Assembly: GCA_965223345.1 (NCBI GenBank) | Contig: CBDCWG010000012.1 | Location: 2,816,001 to 2,880,000 of the forward strand | DNA length: 64,000 bases | From: Nitrospinales bacterium | Lineage (GTDB): Bacteria > Nitrospinota > Nitrospinia > Nitrospinales > VA-1 | Direction of reading: 5' to 3' | In this document: one piece after another, positions 11,034 through 20,649 of the stretch | Layout of the letters: every line of letters begins with the position of its first letter | How positions within the stretch are numbered: position 1 is the stretch's first letter | The notes under the pieces: model-generated | Database searches by the model: none | What the model saw: the letters and a program-made list of their open reading frames with translations, nothing else | What the model was told of the DNA's origin: nothing | Position numbers and translations under genes: made by a program

Positions 11034-12527
11034 TCACCGGAACAGCCCCCGCTCGGCCACCTCGATCGCCTTGAGCAGCGCGCGGCCCTTGTTCATGGTC
11101 TCCTCGAATTCGTTTTCGGGAACCGAATCGGCGACGATGCCCGCCCCCACTCCCAGGTAGGCGGCCTGGCCCTTGATCAGCAGCGTGCGGATGGCGATGG
11201 CGGTGTCCATGTTGCCGGTGAAGCTGATGTAACCAACCGCGCCCGCGTACAGGCCGCGGCGGGTGGGCTCCAGCTCCTCGATGATCTCCATGGCGCGGAT
11301 CTTGGGCGCGCCGGACACCGTGCCCGCGGGAAACGCCGCGCGCAGCACGTCGAAGCAGTCCAGCCCTTCCTTCAACCGGCCGCGCACGTTGGAGACGATG
11401 TGCATCACGTGCGAGTAGCGTTCGATGCTGAACTGTTCGTTCACCTCGACGGTGCTGATGCGCGCCACCCGGCCCAGGTCGTTGCGGCCCAGGTCCACCA
11501 GCATGATGTGTTCGGCCAGCTCCTTGGCGTCGCTCAGCAGGTCCTTTTCCAGTTCCCGGTCTTCCTCTTCGTTTTTGCCGCGTTTGCGCGTGCCGGCGAT
11601 CGGGCGCACCTCGACGTCTTCCCCTTCCAGCCGCACCAGCACTTCCGGCGAGGAGCCGACCACCTGGAACTCACCCAGCTTGAGAAAATACATATACGGA
11701 GACGGGTTGATGGTGCGCAGGGCGCGGTAGATGTTGAAAGGGTCCTGGCTGATCCTGAACTTCAGCCGCTGCGACAGCACCACCTGGATGGCGTCGCCTT
11801 CGTGAATGTAGTTTTTCACCTTGAGGACCGCCTGCTTGAACGCTTCCTCCTCGAAGTTCGATTGCAGCGACGGCAGCGCGCCGCTGTTGCCGTTGCCGTG
11901 CTCTCCCTGCAGCTCCGGTGCGGGGGCGCGCAGCTTTTCTTCCAGCGCGCGGATCTTGTCCAGCGTCTTTGCGTACACCGCGTCGAGATCGCCGTCCTGC
12001 ACCAGGGCGTTGGACACGATCTTGATGGTCTGGGTGACGTTGTCGAAGATCAGCAGCGTGTCGGTGATGACGAACAGCGCGTCCGGGCAGTCGAGATCGT
12101 CTTCGGTGTCCTCGGGCAATCCTTCGAAGAACCGCACCATGTCGTAGCCGACGAACCCCACAGCGCCGCCGCAAAACCGCGGCAGATCCGGCGTGGCCAC
12201 CGGCCGGTATTCGGACAGGATCTCCTTGACGGCCGAGAGCGGGTCGTCCTTTTCGAACACGCGCTTGTCGCCGGTCTCGCGGTTCTCGACGGTGACGATG
12301 TTTCCCTTCGCCGAAACGATGCGCGAGGGATCGCAACCGAGGAAGCAATAACGGGCCCATTTCTCGCCGCCCACCACGCTCTCCAGCAGGAACGAGTGCG
12401 ACGCGCCGCGGATCTTCAGGTAGGCGGAAACCGGGGTGTCCAGATCGGCGACGATCTCCTTGTAGACGGGGATCAGGTTGCCTTCTTTGGCTTTTTGCCT
12501 GAATTCTTCCAGTGAGGGTGTGAACAT
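11034..12527 (-). CDS. trpE: Anthranilate synthase component I
   Basis: LLES, NPSPYM, GSSPE, PIAGTR, EHIMLVDLGRND, GTVSGAPK motifs. Confidence 0.97.
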   Translation of the reverse strand: MFTPSLEEFRQKAKEGNLIPVYKEIVADLDTPVSAYLKIRGASHSFLLESVVGGEKWARYCFLGCDPSRIVSAKGNIVTVENRETGDKRVFEKDDPLSAVKEILSEYRPVATPDLPRFCGGAVGFVGYDMVRFFEGLPEDTEDDLDCPDALFVITDTLLIFDNVTQTIKIVSNALVQDGDLDAVYAKTLDKIRALEEKLRAPAPELQGEHGNGNSGALPSLQSNFEEEAFKQAVLKVKNYIHEGDAIQVVLSQRLKFRISQDPFNIYRALRTINPSPYMYFLKLGEFQVVGSSPEVLVRLEGEDVEVRPIAGTRKRGKNEEEDRELEKDLLSDAKELAEHIMLVDLGRNDLGRVARISTVEVNEQFSIERYSHVMHIVSNVRGRLKEGLDCFDVLRAAFPAGTVSGAPKIRAMEIIEELEPTRRGLYAGAVGYISFTGNMDTAIAIRTLLIKGQAAYLGVGAGIVADSVPENEFEETMNKGRALLKAIEVAERGLFR

Positions 12528-12675
12528 GAAACGGCGTGCGACAGGGTTTTACGGGCCTCGGTCTCCGGGTTCCCGTCCGCAGGGGCTCCAAGGCGCGGAC
12601 GCCCTTTGAGACAATGGCTTGATTAAACGGCGATTAGAGTCAGAATCATATTATTTTCAAGGGTTTAGCCCTATG

Positions 12676-12705
12676 ACAGTACCATTTGGCAAGAGAGGGT
12701 GTCAA
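12676..12705 (-). promoter_or_regulatory. Putative sigma70 promoter of the trp operon
   Basis: Minus strand reads TTGACA-N18-TACTGT with a TG extension, ~150 nt upstream of trpE. Confidence 0.5.
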
Positions 12706-12721
12706 GGGGTAAGGCGGACGG

Positions 12722-13555
12722 TCATTCAACGGGTTTCCAGTCCTCGCCGTTCCAGTGGAGGATGAGGCCGTTGTCGCCCACGGCGTAGATGTTTTCTTCG
12801 GAAGTGCCCCAGATGGCGGTCAGGTATTCCTTCGTGTTCGATTCGATGCGGGTCCATTGGTCGCCTTCCAGAAACAGGATCATGCCTTCGTCGCCGACGG
12901 CGAACACCATGTCGCGGGAGGGCCCCCAGACATCCAGGAAAAACTCCATGGTGCGGGACGGCATTTCGGTGCATTCGACGCCGTCGAAGCTGAAAATCGC
13001 GCCGTCGGAACCGACGATGTACATCTCTTTGGGGCCGAAGCCGTAGAACCCGTAAAACTCCGCGTTGGAATTGAGGGTCAGGCGCACCCACTTGTCGCCC
13101 TCCTGCCGCAGGACCAGCCCGTCGTAACCCACCGCATACATGCCCGATTCCCTGCAGCCCCAAAGCCGGGTGATGTCGGTGTCGGTGCCGGTGCGCAGGA
13201 ACTTCCACTCGCTGCCGTCGTAGCGCAGGATTTTGCCCAGACGGGAACAGGCGTACACCTCGTCGGGCCCCAGCCCGAAGATGCCGGTCATGGGCGGCAG
13301 CTTTTCGGTCTGCATCGGCGACCAGGCGCTGCCGTCGTAATGCAGGATGACGCCGTCGGTGGCGACGGCGAACAGGTTGTCCGGCGCGCTGCCCCACAGC
13401 CCTTTGATGGTGTAGCGCGACCGGCCGGCCAGTTCCATTTTTTTCCACTCCGCCCCGTCGTAGTGCAGGATCGTGCCTTCGGCACCGCCGACGAAGATGT
13501 CGTTTTCACCGAAGCCGGTGATGGAGAGCAGATGGTTTTCAGTCAGTCGCGGCAT
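12722..13555 (-). CDS. Beta-propeller repeat protein (BNR/Ycf48-like ~40-aa repeats)
   Basis: About seven repeats WGxxxxxxYAVGxxGxILHYDGxxW. No signal peptide. Confidence 0.85.
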   Translation of the reverse strand: MPRLTENHLLSITGFGENDIFVGGAEGTILHYDGAEWKKMELAGRSRYTIKGLWGSAPDNLFAVATDGVILHYDGSAWSPMQTEKLPPMTGIFGLGPDEVYACSRLGKILRYDGSEWKFLRTGTDTDITRLWGCRESGMYAVGYDGLVLRQEGDKWVRLTLNSNAEFYGFYGFGPKEMYIVGSDGAIFSFDGVECTEMPSRTMEFFLDVWGPSRDMVFAVGDEGMILFLEGDQWTRIESNTKEYLTAIWGTSEENIYAVGDNGLILHWNGEDWKPVE

Positions 13556-13604
13556 GAGGATTTCATAGTGCAGAGTTTAATAAAGGTTCGATTCATTGCG
13601 GACG

Positions 13605-14441
13605 TCAAAGCGACATGTCACTCCACTGCTTTCCGTCATATTTGATAACAGTGCCGTTGTCGCCGACAGCGAAAACGCAGTCGGGCCCGAGTCCCCGCAC
13701 TTTGGTGAGGTGATCCTCGCGCGGACAGGTCATCGGCGACCAGGCCTTGCCGTCGTAATGCAGGATGACGGCGCTGTCGCCGACGGCGAAGATGTCGTTC
13801 TCCGACGTGCCCCAGACGGCCAGCAGGTATTCCTCGGTGCCCGATTCCATGTTCTTCCACTCGCTGCCGTCGAAATGCAGGATGGTGCCGTGCGATCCCA
13901 CCACGTAGACGTTTTCCGTCTTCGTGCCCCACACGCCGTAGAGCGAGATGGTTTCTTCGGTCAGCTCTTCCCTGCGCTGGAACTGCTTGCCGTCGTAGAA
14001 ACGGAACACGCCCTCGCCGCCGACGGTGTAGATGTGGTTGATGTCCTCGCCCCACATGCCGAAGATGTCGTGGATGGTGTTGGGCTCGCGGTAGTTCCAT
14101 TTCTCGCCGTCCCAGAACAGCATGCGCCCGCCGACGCCGTAAAAGAAGATGTTGTCGGCGTCATAACCGTAAGCGGAGTTGAGGGAGTCGTAGCTGCCGG
14201 TGTCGATCATCTTCCAGACCTTGCCGTCGTAGTGCAGCACCACGCCGCCGATGCCGACGGCATAGATGTTTTTGGGGTCGGACGCCCAGATCCCCATCAG
14301 CGGGTTGGTGTTTTCGGTGCGCACCGGCAGCCATTCTTCGCCGTCGTAATGCTGCGGAATGCCGTCCTTGCCGACGACGTAGATGTTGTCTTCGCTGAAC
14401 GCCCAGAAATCGAGCAGATCGGGTTTTTCACCGGTGAACAT
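13605..14441 (-). CDS. Beta-propeller repeat protein, paralog of 12722..13555
   Basis: Same ~40-aa repeat, about seven copies. No signal peptide. Confidence 0.85.
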   Translation of the reverse strand: MFTGEKPDLLDFWAFSEDNIYVVGKDGIPQHYDGEEWLPVRTENTNPLMGIWASDPKNIYAVGIGGVVLHYDGKVWKMIDTGSYDSLNSAYGYDADNIFFYGVGGRMLFWDGEKWNYREPNTIHDIFGMWGEDINHIYTVGGEGVFRFYDGKQFQRREELTEETISLYGVWGTKTENVYVVGSHGTILHFDGSEWKNMESGTEEYLLAVWGTSENDIFAVGDSAVILHYDGKAWSPMTCPREDHLTKVRGLGPDCVFAVGDNGTVIKYDGKQWSDMSL

Positions 14442-14559
14442 AGGGTCTCAATCATTCAGGGACGGCCACGGCTGCAATCCGCAGCGCGTCCGCATCGCAA
14501 GGCATTGAATTCGGCTCGTAGTATATCCTATCGCGGGGGTGCGTTGCGCGGCCGTTCAT

Positions 14560-14591
14560 AAAAAAAAGGGGCCGCCTGCTGAAGGGGCCCC
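14560..14591 (-). terminator. Intrinsic terminator after the LRR gene
   Basis: GGGGCC(G)CCT/AGGGGCCCC hairpin adjacent to an 8-A tract (U-tract on the minus strand). Confidence 0.65.
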
Positions 14592-14618
14592 GCTGTCATC
14601 CATCCTGAAATGCGCTTG

Positions 14619-15527
14619 TCAGTGTTCCCCGCCCTCGGGCTTGAACAGCACTTTGGTCAATTTGGGCAGGTTCTTGGAATTTTCGAACAGCTTCTGCACT
14701 TCCGGGCTCACGTCGTTGCGGATCAGGATGAGGGTCTCCAGGTTGCCGAGGGTTTTCGATTCGGCGATCGCGCGGGCCCCGTCGTCCCCGATTTCCGCTT
14801 CGTACAGGTCCAGCAGCGTGAGATTTTTGAATATTTCCGAATTGGCGATGGCGATGCCGCCGCGCCGGCCGATGGGGTTGTAGGTCAGCGTCAGCTGCGT
14901 GAGGTTCTTCAACGTCTCCGACTGCGCCATGGCCTCGATCCCTTCCGGCTCGATGTAGTTCCAGTTGAGGTTGAGCTCGGTGATCTTGGACAGGTTTTTC
15001 GAATCCGCGATGGCGAACGCGCCTTCGTTGCCGATGTCGTTGCGATACAGGCTGAGCAGATTGAGCTGCGTGAGATGGGTCGAGGAAGCCAGCGCCGCGA
15101 CGCCCTCATCGCCCAGCTTGTCCCCCAGCCAGAGGGACACCAGATTGGCCAGCGTCGCAGATTCGGCGATCGCGCGCGCGCCGGCCGGGCCGACCGCGTT
15201 GTCGCTCATGATCAGTTCCGACAGGTTGAGCAGGGTCTTGGACTGGGCCATCGCCTTCACGCCCTCGTCGGTCACCTTGTTCTTGAACAGGTTCAGGACG
15301 GTGAGGAATTTCATGTGCTCGGAGTCGAGGATCGCTTTCACGCCGTCGTCGCCCACCTCGTTGAACTCGAGAAACAGGGCGGTGATCCCCTTGGCTTTAT
15401 CGGAAGTCACGATTTTTTTGATCGTGTCGTCGTCGATCTCTTTTTCGCGAAGGTCCAGCTCGCTTTTGTCCGCGTTCAGGCTCTGCTCGATGAGTCCGTC
15501 GATGTCTTTTTCGGTTTTAGTGGTCAT
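14619..15527 (-). CDS. Cytoplasmic leucine-rich repeat protein
   Basis: 27-aa LRRs (LxxLxLxxNxIGxxGAxAIAxS). Charged N-terminus without a signal peptide. Confidence 0.9.
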   Translation of the reverse strand: MTTKTEKDIDGLIEQSLNADKSELDLREKEIDDDTIKKIVTSDKAKGITALFLEFNEVGDDGVKAILDSEHMKFLTVLNLFKNKVTDEGVKAMAQSKTLLNLSELIMSDNAVGPAGARAIAESATLANLVSLWLGDKLGDEGVAALASSTHLTQLNLLSLYRNDIGNEGAFAIADSKNLSKITELNLNWNYIEPEGIEAMAQSETLKNLTQLTLTYNPIGRRGGIAIANSEIFKNLTLLDLYEAEIGDDGARAIAESKTLGNLETLILIRNDVSPEVQKLFENSKNLPKLTKVLFKPEGGEH

Positions 15528-16187
15528 ACGAGGATTCCCAAAGATCCGAATTGCTGTTTGGAGATTTTGTTTGGCAGCCGGTTGTGTTTAACAGGCCATT
15601 CTATTTAAGTATGCCATATTGTAAAGTCAAAAAACTCAAAAAGTCCCGTGACGAACATCGCCGTTACGCCGGGAATCCTCATCGGGATGTCTATAAGGGC
15701 CACCTCCCTGCTCTGTGTGCGTTCGCAACGGCGCCGCCGACCCGCTGCAATCCCATTGATTTTTTGTGTGTTATTATGGGATCGGCATTCACTGCACAAA
15801 CAGGCCTTCACTTCACACTTATTTTATCATCGGTCTTTCCGCGCCGGACCGCCTTGAGAGTGTGCAATCTTCCGTCCGCAGATGCGACGGTTCATCGAAG
15901 CACCGCTTGCGACGTTCACGCGAAGGTGAAGACGAATTCTTTTCACCGCGTCTCCGCTTTATCGCGACGGAAGCGGCGAGGGAGAGCCGCACCGCACGCC
16001 CGCACGCAGCCTGCGAAACAGCGGTCCCTGCTCGCGCTGTATCGCGGCCTCGCGTAAAACCCGGATGAATTTGCAGGGAGAACCTGTATAATTATTTTTT
16101 ATGCTGCGAGTTTCCCGCTGCCGAACGCCCTGTGCGCAGCCCGGCCGGGAGCCTTCTTTCAAGCCTCATTCCCGTTTGGATCCAGTC

Positions 16188-17180
16188 ATGGCCTACAACA
16201 TCGACGCGATGACCGACAAGGTCAAAGAGACCGGAGACTTCGTCCAGCCTCTGCTCAAGGAGCTGGAAAAGGTGCTGGTGGGCCAAAGCCACCTCATCGA
16301 GCGGCTGATCCTGGGGCTTCTGGCCGGGGAGCACCTGCTGCTGGAAGGGGTGCCGGGGCTGGCCAAGACCACGTCGGTGAAAACGCTGGCGCAGACCATC
16401 CACGCGGATTTTAAGCGCATCCAGTTCACGCCGGACCTCTTGCCGGCGGATCTTCTGGGCACGCAGGTGTACCAGCCCAAGTCGGGGGAGTTCTCGATCA
16501 AGAAGGGGCCGCTGTTTGCCAACATCATCCTGGCGGACGAGATCAACCGGGCGCCCGCGAAAGTGCAGAGCGCCCTGCTGGAAGCCATGCAGGAGCGGCA
16601 GATCACCATCGGCGGGCAGACGTTCGACCTGGCCGAGCCGTTCATGGTCATCGCCACGCAGAACCCCATCGAGCAGGAGGGCACCTACCCGCTTCCCGAA
16701 GCGCAGGTGGACCGCTTCCTGTTCAAGCTGAAAGTCACCTACCCGACGCAGGAGGAGGAAAAGCGCATCATGCAGCGCATGTCCTCCACCAACAACCACG
16801 CGCCGGTGCAAACCATCGTTCGCCCCGAGCAACTGCTTGAAGCGCGCAAGGTGTTCGATGCGATCTACATCGACGAGAACCTGCAGGACTACATCATCCA
16901 TCTGGTTGCGGCGACCCGCGATCCGGACAAGCACAAGCTGGGCGGACTCAAAAAGCTGATCCAGTTCGGCGCATCGCCGCGCGCCTCGATCTTTCTCAAC
17001 CGCGTGTCGAAAGCCTACGCGTTCCTGCAGGGGCGCGGCTACGTGGTGCCGCACGACATCAAGAGCATCGGCCTGGATGTGCTCAGGCACCGCATCATCC
17101 TTTCCTACGAGGCGGAAGCGGAAAACGTGACGGCGGACGACATCCTCAAAAAGATCTTCGACACCGTCGAAGTTCCCTGA
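16188..17180 (+). CDS. moxR: MoxR family AAA+ ATPase
   Basis: GVPGLAKT (Walker A), RIQFTPDLLPAD, LADEINRAP, ATQNPIEQEGTYPLPEAQ.DRF, GASPR. ATG at 16188. Confidence 0.96.
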   Translation: MAYNIDAMTDKVKETGDFVQPLLKELEKVLVGQSHLIERLILGLLAGEHLLLEGVPGLAKTTSVKTLAQTIHADFKRIQFTPDLLPADLLGTQVYQPKSGEFSIKKGPLFANIILADEINRAPAKVQSALLEAMQERQITIGGQTFDLAEPFMVIATQNPIEQEGTYPLPEAQVDRFLFKLKVTYPTQEEEKRIMQRMSSTNNHAPVQTIVRPEQLLEARKVFDAIYIDENLQDYIIHLVAATRDPDKHKLGGLKKLIQFGASPRASIFLNRVSKAYAFLQGRGYVVPHDIKSIGLDVLRHRIILSYEAEAENVTADDILKKIFDTVEVP

Positions 17181-17194
17181 TCCGCACCCCGCCG

Positions 17195-18139
17195 ATGGCC
17201 GCAAACTTCCTTTCCCGATTTTTCGACTGGTTCGACGTGCCGCCGCCGGCCGAACCGCAAAATGCGGTGTCCTCCGACCTGTTGCAAAAAGTGCGGGCGA
17301 TCCAGATCAAGACCAGCCACCTGGTCAACGACCTGATGGCGGGCGAGTACGTCTCGGCGTTCAAGGGACGGGGCATGGAATTCAGCGAGGTGCGGGAGTA
17401 CCAGCCGGGCGACGATGTGCGCCTGATCGACTGGAACGTCACCGCGCGCATGAACCAGCCCTACATCAAGGAGTTCAAGGAAGAGCGGGAGCTGACGCTG
17501 ATGCTGCTGGTGGACGTCAGTTCGTCGGGGGCGTTCGGCTCGGCGGGCAAGCTGAAAAACGAAGTGGCGGCGGAGCTGGCTTCGATCCTCGCGTTCACGG
17601 CGATCCGCAACAACGACAAGATCGGCCTGCTGGTGTTCTCGGACCGCATCGAGCATTACATCCCGCCGAAAAAAGGCAAGGCGCATGTGTGGAACATCAT
17701 CCGCACCATCCTCGATTTCAATCCCGAGGGCCGCGGCACGGACCTCAATCTGCCGCTGGAATACCTGCTCAACGTGCAGAAGCGCAAGACGGTGACGTTT
17801 CTGATCTCGGATTTCCAGAGCGCGGGTTACGAGAACACGCTGAAACTGGCGAACCAGAAACACGACATCGTCGCGCTGTGGATTCAGGACGCCCGGGAGG
17901 AGCGGCTTCCCGATGTCGGCCTGCTGCATCTGGAGGACGCCGAGACCGGCGAGACGATCCTGATCGACACGAGCGACCGCGCCTGGGTGGAGCGCTACGC
18001 CGCGCTGACCCGCAAGGCGTTTGCCGGGCAGAAGCGGGTACTCAACGCCATGAACATCGACGTGGTGCCGATCCGGACGGACGGCTCGCTCGTCGAACCG
18101 CTTGTCCGTTATTTTAAAATGCGCGAGAAGAAACACTGA
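17195..18139 (+). CDS. DUF58 domain protein
   Basis: KGRGMEFSEVREYQPGDDVRLIDWNVTAR, DVSSS, FLISDF. Confidence 0.95.
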   Translation: MAANFLSRFFDWFDVPPPAEPQNAVSSDLLQKVRAIQIKTSHLVNDLMAGEYVSAFKGRGMEFSEVREYQPGDDVRLIDWNVTARMNQPYIKEFKEERELTLMLLVDVSSSGAFGSAGKLKNEVAAELASILAFTAIRNNDKIGLLVFSDRIEHYIPPKKGKAHVWNIIRTILDFNPEGRGTDLNLPLEYLLNVQKRKTVTFLISDFQSAGYENTLKLANQKHDIVALWIQDAREERLPDVGLLHLEDAETGETILIDTSDRAWVERYAALTRKAFAGQKRVLNAMNIDVVPIRTDGSLVEPLVRYFKMREKKH

Positions 18140-18223
18140 CACCCGAATTCATTTCTCGGATGGCCAGAGAACATGAAATGAAATTACGGAATTTGTAAAA
18201 ATGCGCGAAAAAAAACACTGACT

Positions 18224-18652
18224 ATGAGCGAGTCACCCGAAAGTTCCCCAAGCGAAGGCGTCGGGCGCGGCGTCAAGATCTTCGTGATCCTGCTGACCGT
18301 CGTGACGGTGGCGGCGTTCGCGGTTTTCTCTTTGCAGCTGGTCAGCAAAATGCTGTCGCCCTCGAAAGCCGCGTCCTGGCCCAACCGCCTGTATGAGGTC
18401 GCCGGCAAACTGCAGGAAGCCGGGCTCAAGCAGCAGGCGGTGCAGCAGTACATTCGTTATCTGGAAACGGCGAAGGTCGATCTGGCGCGCCGGGCCGCGG
18501 TCTCCGAGACCATCGGCGCGCTGTACCGCGAGATGGACAACTGTCCGGAAGCGCTGGTCTGGTTTTATTCGGCGCAGGTGGCGGCGCAGCAACCGGGCGA
18601 GACTCTGCAATCGCATATCGCAGCCTGCCTGAAAACCCTGCGGGAACCGTGA
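18224..18652 (+). CDS. Small membrane-anchored TPR-like protein
   Basis: One TM helix followed by helical TPR-like segments. Lies inside the moxR/bat operon. Confidence 0.65.
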   Translation: MSESPESSPSEGVGRGVKIFVILLTVVTVAAFAVFSLQLVSKMLSPSKAASWPNRLYEVAGKLQEAGLKQQAVQQYIRYLETAKVDLARRAAVSETIGALYREMDNCPEALVWFYSAQVAAQQPGETLQSHIAACLKTLREP

Positions 18653-18655
18653 ACC

Positions 18656-19654
18656 ATGACGCGAGTGCGAGGCAAATCCCGGCGAGTTGCAACCCTGCTC
18701 GCGGTCTGCGTTTGCTTCGGGATGTGGATTTTTTCCACCAGCGTTGCGGCGCAGGAAGCGGCCTCCCCGATTGCGCTGGAAACCGCGCTGGACCGCTACC
18801 AAGCGACGCTCGGCGATGTGGTCACCTATTCGGTGATCGTCCGGCACGAGCCGTCGATCGAGCCTGCGGCTCCCGAGTTTCCCACCCTCGAGGGCCTGGA
18901 AAACCTGGAGACGGGCGAACGCGTTTCCGAAGCGGACGACAGCCCGCGCAAGAAAACCGAATTCTGGATTCAATACCGGGTGGATGCGATCGGGAAGATC
19001 CTGTTCCCGCAGATCGAGGTGCCGTTCACCGTGCGGCAGAATGGTTCCGAAACTTCCGGCAAGGCGATGACCTCTCAGGTGGAGCTGGACGTCCAGTCCA
19101 TTCTGCGCCTGCAGGGCGAACCGACGGACATCCGCGACATCAAGCCCGTGATCACTACAGGCCGGGACTGGCTGGCCATCGTGGTCCCGTTGCTGGTCGG
19201 CGCTCTACTGCTGGCATTTGTGTATTACGTCTGGCGGCGTTCCATTGAACGGCGCATCGCTTCGGCAAAGGCGGACTCTGTGCGTTTGCCCGCGCACGAA
19301 CAGGCGCTCAAGGATTTGCAGGCCCTCCGGTCGAAGGGGCTGCTGGAAGCGGGCCGGGTGCGCGAGCACCATTTCGCGCTGTCGGAAATTTTCCGCCGCT
19401 ATCTTGAAGAACGGTTCGAGTTTCCCGCGCTGGACTGGACGACCGAGGAGATCGTGGCCTTCATGCGGCGCGCCGCATTCGTGGAAACGCCGGTTCAGGA
19501 AGCCATCGATGCGGTGCTGCGCAAAACCGACCGGGTGAAATTCGCGCGTTCCCTGCAGGCGGTTCCCGGCGACGTGCTGGAGGACTGCATCCGGCTGGTG
19601 CGCGCCACCGCACCCAGGATGCAACCCGCCGCCACACGAGAGGCAACGCCATGA
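18656..19654 (+). CDS. BatD-like/DUF4381 membrane protein of the MoxR-Bat cluster
   Basis: Signal peptide, Ig-like domain, IRDIKP, TM helix, LSEIFRRYLE..F...ALDWTTEEI, DRVKFA. Confidence 0.8.
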   Translation: MTRVRGKSRRVATLLAVCVCFGMWIFSTSVAAQEAASPIALETALDRYQATLGDVVTYSVIVRHEPSIEPAAPEFPTLEGLENLETGERVSEADDSPRKKTEFWIQYRVDAIGKILFPQIEVPFTVRQNGSETSGKAMTSQVELDVQSILRLQGEPTDIRDIKPVITTGRDWLAIVVPLLVGALLLAFVYYVWRRSIERRIASAKADSVRLPAHEQALKDLQALRSKGLLEAGRVREHHFALSEIFRRYLEERFEFPALDWTTEEIVAFMRRAAFVETPVQEAIDAVLRKTDRVKFARSLQAVPGDVLEDCIRLVRATAPRMQPAATREATP

Positions 19655-20649
19655 GCTTTTTCCGCTTCGAGGATCCCTGGGTTCTGCTGCTGATCCTGCT
19701 GCTGCCGTTTTGTGTCCTGCTGCTGCGCGGCCGCAAGAAAGCGGTGTTTCATTATTCCTCCATCGCAAGGCTGAAATCGATCCTTCCCGCCGGCACGCAA
19801 CTGCTCGCCTCGGTACCGCTCGTGCTGCGCCTGCTCGCCATCGCGCTGTTGATCGTGGCGCTGGCGCGGCCGCAGGAGGGACGCAAGAGCACGGAAATCC
19901 TTTCTGCGGGCGTGGACATCATGCTGGCGATCGACACGTCGGTCAGCATGCAGGCGATGGATTTCATGAAGGACGGCGAACGCATCGACCGGCTGCAGGT
20001 GGTGAAGGACGTGGTCGCGGAATTCATCGCCAACCGCCCGTATGACCGTTTGGGCATGGTGGTGTTCGGCGAGGAGGCGTTCACGCAATGCCCGCTGACG
20101 CTGGATCACGACATCCTGCTGGCGTTTTTGCGCGATATGAAGATCGGCCAGGCGGGCAATGCCACGGCGATCGGCTCGGCGATCGGGATTTCGGTCAAGC
20201 GGCTCAAGGATCTGCAAGCGAAAAGCCGGGTGATCATCCTGCTCACCGACGGGCGCAACACCGCCGGCAACATCACGCCCGCCCAGGCGGCGTCGATCGC
20301 GAAACAGTTCGGCGTCAAGATCCACACGATCGGGGTCGGCACCGACGGCAAGGCCCCGTTCCTGGTGGATTCGCTGTTCGGCAAGCGCTACGTGTATCAG
20401 GATGTGGAGATGGACGAAAAAACGCTCAAGGACATCGCGGACATGACGGGCGGGCAGTATTTCCGGGCGACCGACCTCGACACGCTGAAGAAGGTGTACC
20501 AGCAGATCGACCAGCTGGAAACCTCCGAAGTGAAAACGCTGGATCATTCCGAGTACAAGGAGCTGTTCCCGTATTTCCTCGTCACCGGGCTGTCCTTCTT
20601 CCTGCTCGAGATCCTGTTGACCAACACCCGTTTGAGGCGCGTCCCGTGA
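19651..20649 (+). CDS. batA: VWA domain membrane protein BatA
   Basis: FEDPW, ALARPQ, MIDAS DTSVSM, TAIG, ILLTDG, GGQYFRA. Confidence 0.92.
   Translation: MSFFRFEDPWVLLLILLLPFCVLLLRGRKKAVFHYSSIARLKSILPAGTQLLASVPLVLRLLAIALLIVALARPQEGRKSTEILSAGVDIMLAIDTSVSMQAMDFMKDGERIDRLQVVKDVVAEFIANRPYDRLGMVVFGEEAFTQCPLTLDHDILLAFLRDMKIGQAGNATAIGSAIGISVKRLKDLQAKSRVIILLTDGRNTAGNITPAQAASIAKQFGVKIHTIGVGTDGKAPFLVDSLFGKRYVYQDVEMDEKTLKDIADMTGGQYFRATDLDTLKKVYQQIDQLETSEVKTLDHSEYKELFPYFLVTGLSFFLLEILLTNTRLRRVP

Noticed and set aside
12528..12675. Trp attenuator or leader peptide upstream of trpE
   Set aside because: The only short ATG ORF I found (MILTLIAV) has no Trp codons, and I saw no T-box or terminator/antiterminator pair.
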